Notes: a model not told the origin generated them from the letters alone. Positions 18,174 through 27,288 are shown, counted from the first letter of the stretch. The stretch: DNA of 36,245 bases from Rickettsiales bacterium (GCA_020631295.1 JAHDHN010000003.1:1-36245); one strand, 5' to 3'. Program-made: numbers and translations.

Positions 18174-18288
18174 CGTCATCCCATGGTTTATCCATGGGAT
18201 CTCCTGCGACTAGCTGTGTCCCATTCTGGAGATTCCACGGACCAGCCTTCGCCAAGGCTTCGGCGGGCAGGCACGCCGTGGAATGACG
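18174..18288. repeat. MITE-like palindromic repeat, subfamily 1 (cgtcatcccatgg ... ccgtggaatgacg), copy with an expanded right hairpin
   Basis: The first 30 nt are identical to 28034-28063. Left hairpin cccatgg-ttta-tccatggg. The right hairpin attccacgg/ccgtggaat has a 35-nt loop, against 5 nt in the other copy. Imperfect 13-nt terminal inverted repeats. Confidence 0.85.
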
Positions 18289-18318
18289 AGACGTGGTGAG
18301 TGAAAGTAGAAAAAGCAC

Positions 18319-18346
18319 TTGTATTTGCGTAGTAGTGCTGTATATC
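18319..18346 (+). promoter_or_regulatory. candidate sigma70-type promoter of rpsB-tsf (TTGTAT, 16-nt spacer, TATATC)
   Basis: Hexamers read by eye about 105 nt upstream of the rpsB ATG. No experimental or statistical support. Confidence 0.25.
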
Positions 18347-18450
18347 TACCCGCCTACACCACATGAGGCCTACATACTCCTACGGTGCAGTGTTCATGAA
18401 AGTGGCGCTGTTATTAGCCTCAGAGGACTTAACCAGAAAGGAACTTTATT

Positions 18451-19293
18451 ATGTCTTCACTACCTGCGTTTACTATACGCGATCTTATGGATGCCGGCGT
18501 GCATTTTGGTCACAAAACCATGCGCTGGAACCCAAAAATGGCGCCATTTATTTTCGGTGAGAAAAATAATATCCACATTATTGACCTTGGTCAGACAGCA
18601 CCTTTATTGCACCGTGCGTTGAAAGCAGCTTATGATGTAGCATCTAAAAACGGTCGTATTTTGTTTGTGAGCACAAAGCGTCAGGGTTCTGATGTGGTGG
18701 CCGAGCAAGCACAGCGTTGCGGCCAGTATTATGTAAATTTCCGCTGGTTGGGCGGCATGTTAACCAATTGGGGTACAGTATCACAATCCATCAACACATT
18801 GCGCGATATTGAAGCGCAATTGGCGGATGAGGAAATTGATATCACCAAGAAGGAGCGTCTGACGCTAACGCGCAAGCTGCAGAAGTTGGAAAACTCTTTG
18901 GGTGGTATTAAGGATATGGGCGGCACGCCGGATTTGGTGTTTGTGATTGATACGAACAAGGAGCATATCGCTATTAAAGAGGCCAACAAGCTTGGTATTC
19001 CTGTGATTGCGGTGGCAGACACGAACTCTGACCCTGCTGGCATTGATCATATCATCCCTGGTAATGATGATTCTGTGCGCTCTATTGAGCTTTATGCGAA
19101 GTTGATTGCCGATGCAGCACTTGCTGGTTTGGGCAGTGCGCTGGGTGGTAAGCAAGATAATGCAAAGCCAGCTGCAGAGAAGGAAGAAAAAGAGCTTAAA
19201 GTGGTGAAAAAAGAAGCCAAGAAGCTTGATAAAAAAGAAGAGGAAGCCGCTGCTGAGGGTGTTGAAGACGCACCAAAAGAAGCGTCTGCATAA
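18451..19293 (+). CDS. rpsB: 30S ribosomal protein S2
   Basis: 280 aa. [20 protein letters not shown]-terminus. Lys/Glu-rich C-terminal tail. Confidence 0.97.
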   Translation: MSSLPAFTIRDLMDAGVHFGHKTMRWNPKMAPFIFGEKNNIHIIDLGQTAPLLHRALKAAYDVASKNGRILFVSTKRQGSDVVAEQAQRCGQYYVNFRWLGGMLTNWGTVSQSINTLRDIEAQLADEEIDITKKERLTLTRKLQKLENSLGGIKDMGGTPDLVFVIDTNKEHIAIKEANKLGIPVIAVADTNSDPAGIDHIIPGNDDSVRSIELYAKLIADAALAGLGSALGGKQDNAKPAAEKEEKELKVVKKEAKKLDKKEEEAAAEGVEDAPKEASA

Positions 19294-19332
19294 CCTCATC
19301 TAACATAAGAATACGAATAAGGAGAAAGAATC

Positions 19333-20262
19333 ATGGCAGAGATAACTGCAGCAAAAATTAAAGAACTGCGCGAAATTAGTGGCGCAGGCATGATGGATTG
19401 TAAAAAAGCACTGAACGAAGCGGGCGGTGATTTTGAAGCAGCCAAAGACTGGTTGCGTGAGAAGGGTCTTGCCAAGGCGGCGAAGAAAGCGTCTCGCGTG
19501 GCAGCTGAAGGTGTGGTGGTAGTTGCTGCTGAAGGCAATAACGCATCTGTAATTGAGTTGAACTCTGAAACAGACTTCGTGGCGAAAAATGAAGATTTCC
19601 AAGCGGTGGCTAGAAATATTGCTGCCACTGCACTGGCAACACAGGGTGATCTTGATGCGCTGAACAATGCTACAGAGGCATCTACGGGCAAGCCAGTATC
19701 TGAAGTAATTACGGATAATATCGCTACTATTGGTGAAAATCTGAATTTGCGTCGTGTGGCAAATGTGTCTGTGAATGAAGGTGCCGTAGTAAGCTATATC
19801 CACAATGCTTATGCGGATAATATCGGCCGTATTGCGGTGCTTGTGGCACTGGAATCTGCGGGTGATAAAGCAGCGCTTGAGCAGTTGGGCAAGCAGCTGG
19901 CCATGCATATTGCTGCAATGAAGCCTGAGTCTTTGAATGTAGACGGTGTGAATGCAGAAAATCTTGAGCGTGAGCGCAAAATTTATGCAGAGCAGGCACG
20001 TGCGTCTGGTAAGCCAGAGAACATCATTGAGAAAATGGTGGAAGGCCGCATTCGCAAATATTACGAGCAAGTAGTATTCCTAGAGCAGCCTTTTGTGATT
20101 GATGGCAAAACGGCTGTAAAAGACGTGCTGAAAGAAGCGGAAAAAGAAGCAGGCGCGCCTGTATCTATTTCAGACTACGCGATTTTGGTAGTAGGTGAGG
20201 GCATTGAAAAAGAAGAAACTGATTTTGCTGCAGAAGTGGCACAAACAGTAAACGCTGCCTAA
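19333..20262 (+). CDS. tsf: translation elongation factor Ts
   Basis: 309 aa. ITAAKIKELREISGAGMMDCKKAL UBA-like N-terminus. LNSETDFVAKNEDF. Confidence 0.97.
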   Translation: MAEITAAKIKELREISGAGMMDCKKALNEAGGDFEAAKDWLREKGLAKAAKKASRVAAEGVVVVAAEGNNASVIELNSETDFVAKNEDFQAVARNIAATALATQGDLDALNNATEASTGKPVSEVITDNIATIGENLNLRRVANVSVNEGAVVSYIHNAYADNIGRIAVLVALESAGDKAALEQLGKQLAMHIAAMKPESLNVDGVNAENLERERKIYAEQARASGKPENIIEKMVEGRIRKYYEQVVFLEQPFVIDGKTAVKDVLKEAEKEAGAPVSISDYAILVVGEGIEKEETDFAAEVAQTVNAA

Positions 20263-20286
20263 GTAGCTATTACATGCTGAATAATG

Positions 20287-20314
20287 AAAAGGGTCGCTTT
20301 AGCGGCCCTTTTTT
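20287..20314 (+). terminator. rho-independent terminator after tsf
   Basis: Stem aaaagggtcgc / gcggcccttttt (7 G/C-rich pairs including one G-U), loop ttta, followed by a T6 run. Confidence 0.75.
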
Positions 20315-20352
20315 ATGTTGTGCTGCGCATTCCACTTGCACCAATTGTTTGA

Positions 20353-21093
20353 ATGCAGCATATCCTTATGCTCAAGATGGGCACACAACTTCCATATAAA
20401 CGTATTTTGCTGAAGGTCTCGGGTGAGGCCTTGATGGGCGATGGTGCTTACGGCCATGACTTGGAAACCATTCAACGTATTTGCCGTGAAATTGCTTCTG
20501 TGCAGGCGCTGGGTGTAGAGCTGTGCTTGGTGGTTGGTGGTGGCAATATTTTCCGCGGCATGGCGGCAGCAGAAGCGGGCATGGAGCGTGCCACGGGTGA
20601 TTATATGGGCATGCTTGCCACGGTGATGAACGCGTTGGCCTTGCAAGCAGCCTTAGAGCAAATTGATGTGGATACACGCGTGATGAGCGCCATTCCTATG
20701 GACTCTGTCTGTGAACCTTATATTCGCCGCCGTGCCCTGCGCCATATGCAAAAAGGCCGCGTGGTGATTTGCGCTGCGGGCACGGGCAACCCATTCTTCA
20801 CGACGGATACTTGCGCTGCTTTGCGCGCAGTGGAGCTGAATTGTGATGCGTTGTTTAAAGGCACGCAGGTGGACGGTATTTACAATGAAGACCCTAAAAA
20901 GAACCCAGATGCAACATTCTATCCAACATTATCCTATAAAAAAGTGTTGGAAGAAGATCTGCGTGTGATGGACGGTGCCGCCATTGCCTTGGCGCGCGAA
21001 AATAAATTGCCAATTGTGGTGTTTAACATGCATCATCATGGGCATTTTAAAGAAGTAATCAGCAATAATGGTAAAGCTACCATTGTAGAATAA
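20353..21093 (+). CDS. pyrH: UMP kinase
   Basis: [33 protein letters not shown]. The true start is probably an internal ATG at 20368 or 20377. Confidence 0.95.
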   Translation: MQHILMLKMGTQLPYKRILLKVSGEALMGDGAYGHDLETIQRICREIASVQALGVELCLVVGGGNIFRGMAAAEAGMERATGDYMGMLATVMNALALQAALEQIDVDTRVMSAIPMDSVCEPYIRRRALRHMQKGRVVICAAGTGNPFFTTDTCAALRAVELNCDALFKGTQVDGIYNEDPKKNPDATFYPTLSYKKVLEEDLRVMDGAAIALARENKLPIVVFNMHHHGHFKEVISNNGKATIVE

Positions 21094-21124
21094 TATTCCC
21101 TAAATAAATTTAGGGAATATTATG

Positions 21125-21167
21125 AAAATCAAGCAGCGAGTGTAACGAGCGAACGTCTTGATTTTTT
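21125..21167 (+). terminator. terminator-like hairpin in the pyrH-frr spacer
   Basis: 9-bp stem aaaatcaag / cttgatttt with a 23-nt loop, running into a T run (cttgattttttg). Confidence 0.4.
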
Positions 21168-21242
21168 GCTGCGACAGCAAGCGGATAACTTTATTGATGA
21201 AAATCAATAAAGTTAAAAGATATTATAATAAGGAAGAAGACT

Positions 21243-21794
21243 ATGGCAGATATGCAAGATTTAGAGCGTCGTATGGAAGGTGCAGTAAATGCATTTTCAA
21301 ATGATTTGGGTGGGTTGCGTACTGGCCGCGCTAGTGCCAGCTTGGTAGAAAATGTGCAGGTGGAAGTTTACGGTAGCCTTATGCCGCTAAACCAAGTGGC
21401 TACCATCAATATTCCTGAGCCGCGTATGATCTCTCTGCAAGTGTGGGACAAGGGCAATGTGCCATTCGTGGAAAAAGCCATTTTAAATGCAGATTTGGGC
21501 CTGAACCCGTCTTCTGACGGGCAGATTGTGCGTTTGCCTATTCCAGATTTAACGGAAGAGCGCCGCACAGAAATGACCAAGATTGCCGGAAAATACGCGG
21601 AGCAAGCGCGTGTATCGGTGCGCAATGTGCGTCGTGATGGCATGGAGGCGGTGAAAAAGCAGGAAAAAGACGGCGAAATTTCACAGGATGAAATGCATGG
21701 CAAGAGTGATGAGGTGCAGCAACTTACAGACCGTTTTATCAAGCAGATTGACGAGATGTTGGCTGCTAAAGAGAAAGACATCATGACGGTATAA
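21243..21794 (+). CDS. frr: ribosome recycling factor
   Basis: 183 aa. LGGLRTGRASASLVENV, IPDLTEERRTEMTKIAGKYAEQARVSVRNVRRD. Confidence 0.97.
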   Translation: MADMQDLERRMEGAVNAFSNDLGGLRTGRASASLVENVQVEVYGSLMPLNQVATINIPEPRMISLQVWDKGNVPFVEKAILNADLGLNPSSDGQIVRLPIPDLTEERRTEMTKIAGKYAEQARVSVRNVRRDGMEAVKKQEKDGEISQDEMHGKSDEVQQLTDRFIKQIDEMLAAKEKDIMTV

Positions 21795-21798
21795 AGGA

Positions 21799-22467
21799 GT
21801 GTCAGATGGACTCCATATTGCCATTATTATGGACGGCAACGGCCGCTGGGCTGAAGCGCGCGGTAAAAAACGCAGCGCAGGCCATAAGCAAGGGGCAGAA
21901 ACCGCTAAGCAGATTGTGCTGGCTGCTGCCAAACATCCACGCATTGCACATGTAACGCTTTATGCATTCTCAGAAGAAAATTGGCAACGCCCAGAGGATG
22001 AGGTCAAGGACCTGATGGGTCTGATGCGCTTTTATTTAGGGCAGGAAATCAAGGCATTGCACAAGCATGGCGTGGCGGTGGATGTGATTGGTGATGTAAG
22101 CAAATTAAGCAGCGATATGCGCAATAAAATTGCGGCAGCCAGCAAGGAAACATCGGAGAGCACGGCATTGCAGGTGCATATTGCGCTTAGCTATGGCGCG
22201 CGGCAGGAGCTCACCCAGGCTGCAAAAAACATGGCAGCTGCAGGCGCAGAAGAACTTGCACCCTTTTTATATACCAACAATGTGCCAGATCCGGATTTGC
22301 TGATTCGCACCGGTGGAGAAAAACGGCTCAGCAATTTCTTGCTGTGGCAATGTGCTTATACAGAGCTTTATTTTACCGATATATTATGGCCCGATTTCAC
22401 TGGTGAAGATGTAGAAGATGCACTTGCTGATTTCGACGCCCGCCACCGGCGATATGGGAAGTTGTAG
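21799..22467 (+). CDS. uppS: di-trans,poly-cis-undecaprenyl-diphosphate synthase
   Basis: HIAIIMDGNGRWA, TLYAFSEENWQRP, IRTGGEKRLSNFLLWQCAYTELYF. GTG start 4 nt after the frr stop. Confidence 0.95.
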   Translation: MSDGLHIAIIMDGNGRWAEARGKKRSAGHKQGAETAKQIVLAAAKHPRIAHVTLYAFSEENWQRPEDEVKDLMGLMRFYLGQEIKALHKHGVAVDVIGDVSKLSSDMRNKIAAASKETSESTALQVHIALSYGARQELTQAAKNMAAAGAEELAPFLYTNNVPDPDLLIRTGGEKRLSNFLLWQCAYTELYFTDILWPDFTGEDVEDALADFDARHRRYGKL

Positions 22468-22498
22468 TAGTAATCAAATTTGCAATCATTTTGTAACC

Positions 22499-23140
22499 CT
22501 AAAGTGGGCCTTCGCACTGCCAGATGAGTGCAGCGTAAGGCGTTATACCTTCTGCACGCAATGCTGGCTCTGTTAAAATCCGTGCACTGTTTGCGGTGAG
22601 TTCCAGGTAATATGTATAGTTACGTGTTGCATCATAATTGGTAGTGATCACCACCGTGTCTTGCGTGTGCAGCCGTGCATCGGGCAGGGAAATGCCCTCG
22701 CAGCACAGCGCCATGCAGTGATTAATATCATGCTGTTGTAAAGCCAGCTTTGGCACGGGAATATGCAGCAGCGTATCTTTCTCCAAGCCATAACCCTCAG
22801 CACCCTGTTGCACCCGCATGAGCGGTAGGCTCACATAGGCCGTGCTGCTAGGCGCTGCAAACACACGCCGGGAGCTATCTGCCAATCCGCCAATTGCTCT
22901 ATGTGAATTATTGGCATCTGCGGCGATGGTCAGATCATACATCAAATCACTGCGGATAATATCTTCCGGTGCCAGCGAGAATGCCTTAGCGATCTCCTTC
23001 ATCCAATAATAGCTCAGTGCGCGCTCCCCTTTTTCCAGCTTACTGATTTGTTGATGCGAGCAGCCAATGCGCTCAGCCAATGTTTTTAATGTGAGATTAT
23101 GCCGCTTGCGTAGCCAGCGTATATTATTCTCCATAGACAT
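22499..23140 (-). CDS. XRE-family transcriptional regulator with a CI/LexA-like C-terminal domain
   Basis: N-terminal HTH IRWLRKRHNLTLKTLAERIGCSHQQISKLEKGE. The C-terminal ~110 aa includes CEGISLPDARLHTQDTVVI, reminiscent of the S24 GDSM..GD.v.v segment, but I found no clear catalytic Lys. The track start at 23158 is a GTG abutting the GAGGAG site, so GTG 23149 or ATG 23140 is more likely. Confidence 0.7.
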   Translation of the reverse strand: MSMENNIRWLRKRHNLTLKTLAERIGCSHQQISKLEKGERALSYYWMKEIAKAFSLAPEDIIRSDLMYDLTIAADANNSHRAIGGLADSSRRVFAAPSSTAYVSLPLMRVQQGAEGYGLEKDTLLHIPVPKLALQQHDINHCMALCCEGISLPDARLHTQDTVVITTNYDATRNYTYYLELTANSARILTEPALRAEGITPYAALIWQCEGPL

Positions 23141-23274
23141 ATCATTCACCGGAAACACTCCTCTTCCCTTTGGTGCCGTTTTTGTACGGAAGTACCAAAA
23201 CTAACCATATTGGATAAAAATAGAGAACTCAAGTGTTAGCTGGCTAAAATATTATAACTAAAAAAATAGGCAGA

Positions 23275-23439
23275 TTAGGTTCTGTTGTGATTTTTCTATA
23301 TCGACCATTTTGCACTCCTTTTGTGCGTATTTTTTCTGCTCTTTTGCAGCAATAGTGGTGCTATTGTAAGAAAGGGTAGGAAAAATAAAGCCAAAAAGAG
23401 GTGAAAGGGGCGGTGTAGAAAAACCACAACAGAACCTAA
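23275..23439. repeat. 165-bp element bounded by 24-nt terminal inverted repeats (ttaggttctgttgtg core); MITE or structured RNA
   Basis: Left arm 23275-23298 ttaggttctgttgtgatttttcta. Right arm 23416-23439 tagaaaaaccacaacagaacctaa. 23 of 24 positions are complementary. The right arm contains the aroC stop codon. There is a central small hairpin caatag-tggtg-ctattg (23350-23366). Confidence 0.7.
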
Positions 23440-24521
23440 CCGCATTGGCCTTGGTGCAGAAGAATATGATCTGCCAGCACGCAGGCCATCATAGCTTCGG
23501 CCACGGGCACTGCGCGGATGCCCACGCATGGGTCATGCCGGCCCTTGGTGCGCACATTAATTTCCTCACCTTTGGTATTGATACTTTCTACTTCGGTGAG
23601 GATGGAGCTGGTGGGTTTTACGGCAAAGCGTGCGACCAAATCTTGCCCGGAGCTAATGCCACCCAAAATACCGCCGGCATTATTGCTGAGGAAAATTGGT
23701 TCGCCCGTTGCTTCATCAATACGTATCCGGTCTGCATTTTCTTCGCCACGAATGCGCGCTGCTTCAAAACCATTGCCAATTTCTACAGCTTTTACCGCAT
23801 TAATGCTCATAAGTGCGGCGGCAAGCTCTGTATCTAACTTGGCATAAACGGGTGCGCCAAGGCCTACGGGCATATGTTGTGCCACCACTTCTAAAATAGC
23901 GCCCACGCTGGAGCCTTCTTTGCGGATGCCGTCTAAATAGTCTGAAAAACGCTCCACAGAATCACTGTCGGGTGAAAAGAATGGGTTGTTGCGTATCTCA
24001 TTCCAGTCCCAATTATTATAATCGATTTTTTCCGTGCCCATTTCCACTAAGGCGGCTTGAATGGTGAGTTCTGGGTGCTTGGCTGCAATAATTTTGCGTG
24101 CCACGGCACCGGCCGCCACGCGCATGGCCGTCTCCCGTGCAGAAGAGCGCCCACCGCCACGATAATCACGAATGCCGTATTTCTTAAAATAGGTATAATC
24201 CGCATGACCAGGGCGGAATGTGTCTTTAATTTCGCCGTAATCTTTGCTGCGCTGGTCTTGATTGTAAATTACCAAACTAATAGGCGTGCCGGTGGTTTTG
24301 CCTTCAAACACGCCGGAATAAATACGCACCTCATCAGGCTCTTTGCGCTGGGTGGTAAAGCGGTTTTGGCCGGGTTTGCGTTGATCTAGGAACTGTTGGA
24401 TGAAGGCTTCATCCAGCTCTAATCCTGGTGGGCAGCCGTCAATCACACAACCAATGGCTGGGCCATGGCTTTCACCCCAGGTGGTAACTCGAAATGCGTG
24501 GCCAAAACTATTGAACGACAT
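23436..24521 (-). CDS. aroC: chorismate synthase
   Basis: Start reassigned to ATG 24521 ([24 protein letters not shown]). [20 protein letters not shown]. The longer track ORF overlaps the upstream antiporter gene. Confidence 0.95.
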   Translation of the reverse strand: MSFNSFGHAFRVTTWGESHGPAIGCVIDGCPPGLELDEAFIQQFLDQRKPGQNRFTTQRKEPDEVRIYSGVFEGKTTGTPISLVIYNQDQRSKDYGEIKDTFRPGHADYTYFKKYGIRDYRGGGRSSARETAMRVAAGAVARKIIAAKHPELTIQAALVEMGTEKIDYNNWDWNEIRNNPFFSPDSDSVERFSDYLDGIRKEGSSVGAILEVVAQHMPVGLGAPVYAKLDTELAAALMSINAVKAVEIGNGFEAARIRGEENADRIRIDEATGEPIFLSNNAGGILGGISSGQDLVARFAVKPTSSILTEVESINTKGEEINVRTKGRHDPCVGIRAVPVAEAMMACVLADHILLHQGQCG

Positions 24522-24523
24522 GC

Positions 24524-25444
24524 CTAGAGCATCCCCAAAATATAGCCAACATAACCCAGCAGGAATACCACGCCAATCAGGCGGCCAAACTGGCGCGTGC
24601 CAATGGCATAGGTAAAGAAGATGAGCGTGGCAAAGCCCAGCATCCAAATATCAAAACGCAGGAATTCTGTTGCAATAGGCAGTGGCGCTACAAAGGTTGC
24701 AGCGGTAACACCCAGCAGAATATTGAGGATATTACTGCCCACCACATTACCGATCACAATATCATTATGGCCGCGTAAAGAGGCAATCACGCAGGTTACA
24801 ATCTCTGGCGCACAAGAACCTATGGCCACGATGGTGGAGCCAATAAAGGCTTCAGAAAGACCCAGCATGGAGGCCACTTGCACAGAGCCATCCAGCAGCA
24901 AACGCCCGCCAAAGGCCAGCAAAATACAGCCCACAGCAGCAACGGTGCCAGCCTTCCATAGATCCCAGGAATCGTCTTCTAACGCATATTCCACCTTGTT
25001 TTTCTTGGCGCTACGAATGGTGGTGCCAACATAAAACACCAAAATGGCTAATAAGGCTGCACCCTCATACCACTTCAACACGCCTTGGAAGGCAAATACC
25101 ATAAACAGGCCTGTGATTAAGAGCAGGGCAGGGATGTCGTATTTCAGCGTGGTGCCTTCTACCTTCACTGGCTTAATGATGGCAGATAAGGCAAGTACCA
25201 GGAAAATATTAGCAATATTAGAGCCGATAATGTTGCCGACGGCCACCTCTGCATGGCCCTCTAGCTGCGCAATGATGCTGATAATAATTTCCGGTGCGCT
25301 GGTGCCCAAGGCCACAATGGTAAGGCCCACCACAATGGGTGAAATGCCCAAGCGACGGGCAATTTCCACCGCACCTTTCACCAAGCCTTCACCGCCCACA
25401 AAGAGCAATAATAATCCAATAATAATCGCAATTACAGCAAACAT
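24524..25444 (-). CDS. yrbG: Ca2+/Na+ antiporter, CaCA (YrbG) family
   Basis: 306 aa polytopic membrane protein with the duplicated alpha-repeat motifs GTSAPEI..S and [18 protein letters not shown] / [11 protein letters not shown]. Confidence 0.85.
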   Translation of the reverse strand: MFAVIAIIIGLLLLFVGGEGLVKGAVEIARRLGISPIVVGLTIVALGTSAPEIIISIIAQLEGHAEVAVGNIIGSNIANIFLVLALSAIIKPVKVEGTTLKYDIPALLLITGLFMVFAFQGVLKWYEGAALLAILVFYVGTTIRSAKKNKVEYALEDDSWDLWKAGTVAAVGCILLAFGGRLLLDGSVQVASMLGLSEAFIGSTIVAIGSCAPEIVTCVIASLRGHNDIVIGNVVGSNILNILLGVTAATFVAPLPIATEFLRFDIWMLGFATLIFFTYAIGTRQFGRLIGVVFLLGYVGYILGML

Positions 25445-25497
25445 ATGCAGATTCCTCCTGTTGCCATCACTTTATATTCCGTTTAAGCAAAAGCACA

Positions 25498-27045
25498 ATG
25501 AAAACCCTCAAGGCATTTTTTACTGTGAGCTTTTTTACTCTGCTATCACGCATAGCGGGGTTTGTGCGTGATGTGCTGATGGCGTCTATTGTTGGTACTG
25601 GGCCGGTGGCCTCTGCTTTTTTGGTTGCGTTCAAACTGCCTAATTTTTTCCGCAAACTCTTTGCGGAAGGGGCGTTTAATGCCGCCTTTGTCCCGCTCTA
25701 TAGCGGCACGCTGGAAGAAGAAGGCAAGCAGGCCGCGCGTGATTTTGCAGATGTTATCTTCACGCGATTGTTATTAGTATTGCTGCTTTTCTCCATAATG
25801 GTGATTATTGCCATGCCTTATGTGCTGCGCGTGATTGCGCCTGGTTTTGTGGGTGATGCCGCGCAATTTTCGCTGGCGGTCACGCTCAGCCGTATTAGTT
25901 TTGGCTATTTGCTGCTGATTTCTATTGTCTCGCTTTATAGCGGTATTCTTAACGCGCATCACCGTTTTGCGGCGGTGGCAGCAGCGCCCATTTTGCTGAA
26001 TCTGAGTTTTGTTGGCGTGATGCTGTTTGCGTTGGGGAATTTCCCCAGCCATGGTCATGCGCTCAGCTGGGCAGTCATTATTGGCGGTGTGTTGCAGTTG
26101 TTATGGCTGTTAAGCCAAATGCTGCGTTTTGATTTGCTGCCACGGTTTAAGTGGCGTGCATCGCAGCAGAAGCTGCGTGTGTTTTTCAAGCGCCTGGTGC
26201 CTGGCATTATTGGTGCGGGCGTCACGCAAATTAATCTGTGGGTGGATATGATGATTGCCACCTTCATTCCTGCCGCAGTGGCGTTTTTATATTATGCAGA
26301 TCGGATTAATCAGCTGCCACTGGCCTTAATCGGCACGGCCATGGGCACCAGCCTGCTGCCCACTCTGTCTAAATTCTGGCAAAATAAGGCGCAGGATAAG
26401 GCGGAAGCGCAGCTGCGCCATGCCGCGCATGTGGTGCTGTTATTCACGCTTCCGGCGGTGGCCGGCATTGTAGCATTGGCTGAGCCTATGATTGCAATGC
26501 TCTATGAGCGTGGTGCGTTTGATGCCCAAAGTACGCGTTATACGGCCGCTGCCTTAATAGCATATGCAATTGGGCTGCCGGCCTATGGCATGATTAAAAT
26601 TATGGTAAGCGGCTATTATGCGGCGGGTGATACAAAAACACCGGTAAAAATTGCGTTTATCGCCATGTTGGTGAATGTGGTCTGCAACATTCTGTTCAGC
26701 TGGCTGCTGCATAAAAATGGCTATATGGCGCATGTGGGCTTGGCGCTAGGCACGGCTGTGGCTGCAATGGTGAATCTGGTGCTTCTTCTGCGCTTTAGCC
26801 CGCTGCGCTTGCAGCTGGACGTATCACTCTGCGTGCGTATGTTGCTTGCTGCGAGTATAATGGGAGTAGCTGCGTGGTGGTGCATGAGTTGGCTTTCTTC
26901 TGACGTTGATCAGATGCTGTCATATGGTGGTGGAATCTGGGATACAATAGCAGCCATTGATATAGCTATTATACTATACTTTTTTTTGATAAGTGTTCTC
27001 ATAGGGCCAAAAGTTTTTGATAAACTGCTGAGGTTTAGGGCTTAA
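25498..27045 (+). CDS. murJ: lipid II flippase MurJ (MviN)
   Basis: 515 aa. FFTLLSRIAGFVRDVLMA, FFRKLFAEGAFNAAFVP, about 14 TM segments. Confidence 0.9.
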   Translation: MKTLKAFFTVSFFTLLSRIAGFVRDVLMASIVGTGPVASAFLVAFKLPNFFRKLFAEGAFNAAFVPLYSGTLEEEGKQAARDFADVIFTRLLLVLLLFSIMVIIAMPYVLRVIAPGFVGDAAQFSLAVTLSRISFGYLLLISIVSLYSGILNAHHRFAAVAAAPILLNLSFVGVMLFALGNFPSHGHALSWAVIIGGVLQLLWLLSQMLRFDLLPRFKWRASQQKLRVFFKRLVPGIIGAGVTQINLWVDMMIATFIPAAVAFLYYADRINQLPLALIGTAMGTSLLPTLSKFWQNKAQDKAEAQLRHAAHVVLLFTLPAVAGIVALAEPMIAMLYERGAFDAQSTRYTAAALIAYAIGLPAYGMIKIMVSGYYAAGDTKTPVKIAFIAMLVNVVCNILFSWLLHKNGYMAHVGLALGTAVAAMVNLVLLLRFSPLRLQLDVSLCVRMLLAASIMGVAAWWCMSWLSSDVDQMLSYGGGIWDTIAAIDIAIILYFFLISVLIGPKVFDKLLRFRA

Positions 27046-27096
27046 TTTTTATTGCATCACTGGAAGGGCATAAAAGTTGATTATATGATGAATTGA

Positions 27097-27227
27097 ACAT
27101 TAATAATACAAATTTCGCGTCATACCGCGGCTTGACCGCGGTATCCAGAGCCACAAGAAAGATCATGCCCTATCGCCCCTGGATCCCGTGGATAAACCAC
27201 GGGATGACGCTGTATCGTTAATTATGC
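27097..27227. repeat. MITE-like palindromic repeat, subfamily 2 (cgtcat-hairpin ... hairpin-atgacgctgtatcgttaattatgc)
   Basis: Left hairpin accgcgg-cttg-accgcggt and right hairpin atcccgtgg-ataa-accacgggat. The 21-nt block cgcggtatccagagccacaaga is identical to the copy at 36060-36207. The right 24 nt is the exact reverse complement of the left terminus of that copy. The left terminus here is degenerate. Confidence 0.8.
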
Positions 27228-27260
27228 AATTCACTATGGTTGAGAAGATTGAATTAACAC

Positions 27261-27288
27261 TTGCATCTGCTAGCCAAATCGCTATTAA
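27261..27288 (+). promoter_or_regulatory. candidate sigma70-type promoter of rpsU (TTGCAT, 16-nt spacer, TATTAA)
   Basis: Hexamers read by eye about 40 nt upstream of the rpsU start, immediately after the repeat copy. Confidence 0.25.

Noticed and set aside
17984-18318. 100-aa and 70-aa ORFs spanning the 18.1-18.3 kb spacer
   Set aside because: Both run through the palindromic repeat at 18174-18288. The open frames are a by-product of the repeat, and there is no translation signal.
18347-18450. Possible structured rpsB leader (tgaggc at 18364-18369 pairing with gcctca at 18417-18422)
   Set aside because: It is a single 6-bp long-range pairing found by eye. The known S2 autoregulatory leader is described for gammaproteobacteria, and I cannot test covariation here.
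19300-20070. 256-aa ORF antisense to tsf
   Set aside because: It is a shadow ORF opposite a conserved gene. The composition (Cys/His/Arg/Phe rich) is unlike real proteins. The same applies to antisense ORFs in miaB (28147-28680), acs, ispG, ctaD, murJ and the kinase gene.
21122-21145. 7-codon mini-ORF (MKIKQRV) in the pyrH-frr spacer
   Set aside because: It lies within the hairpin stems, has no ribosome-binding site, and is too short to support. It is treated as part of the structured spacer.
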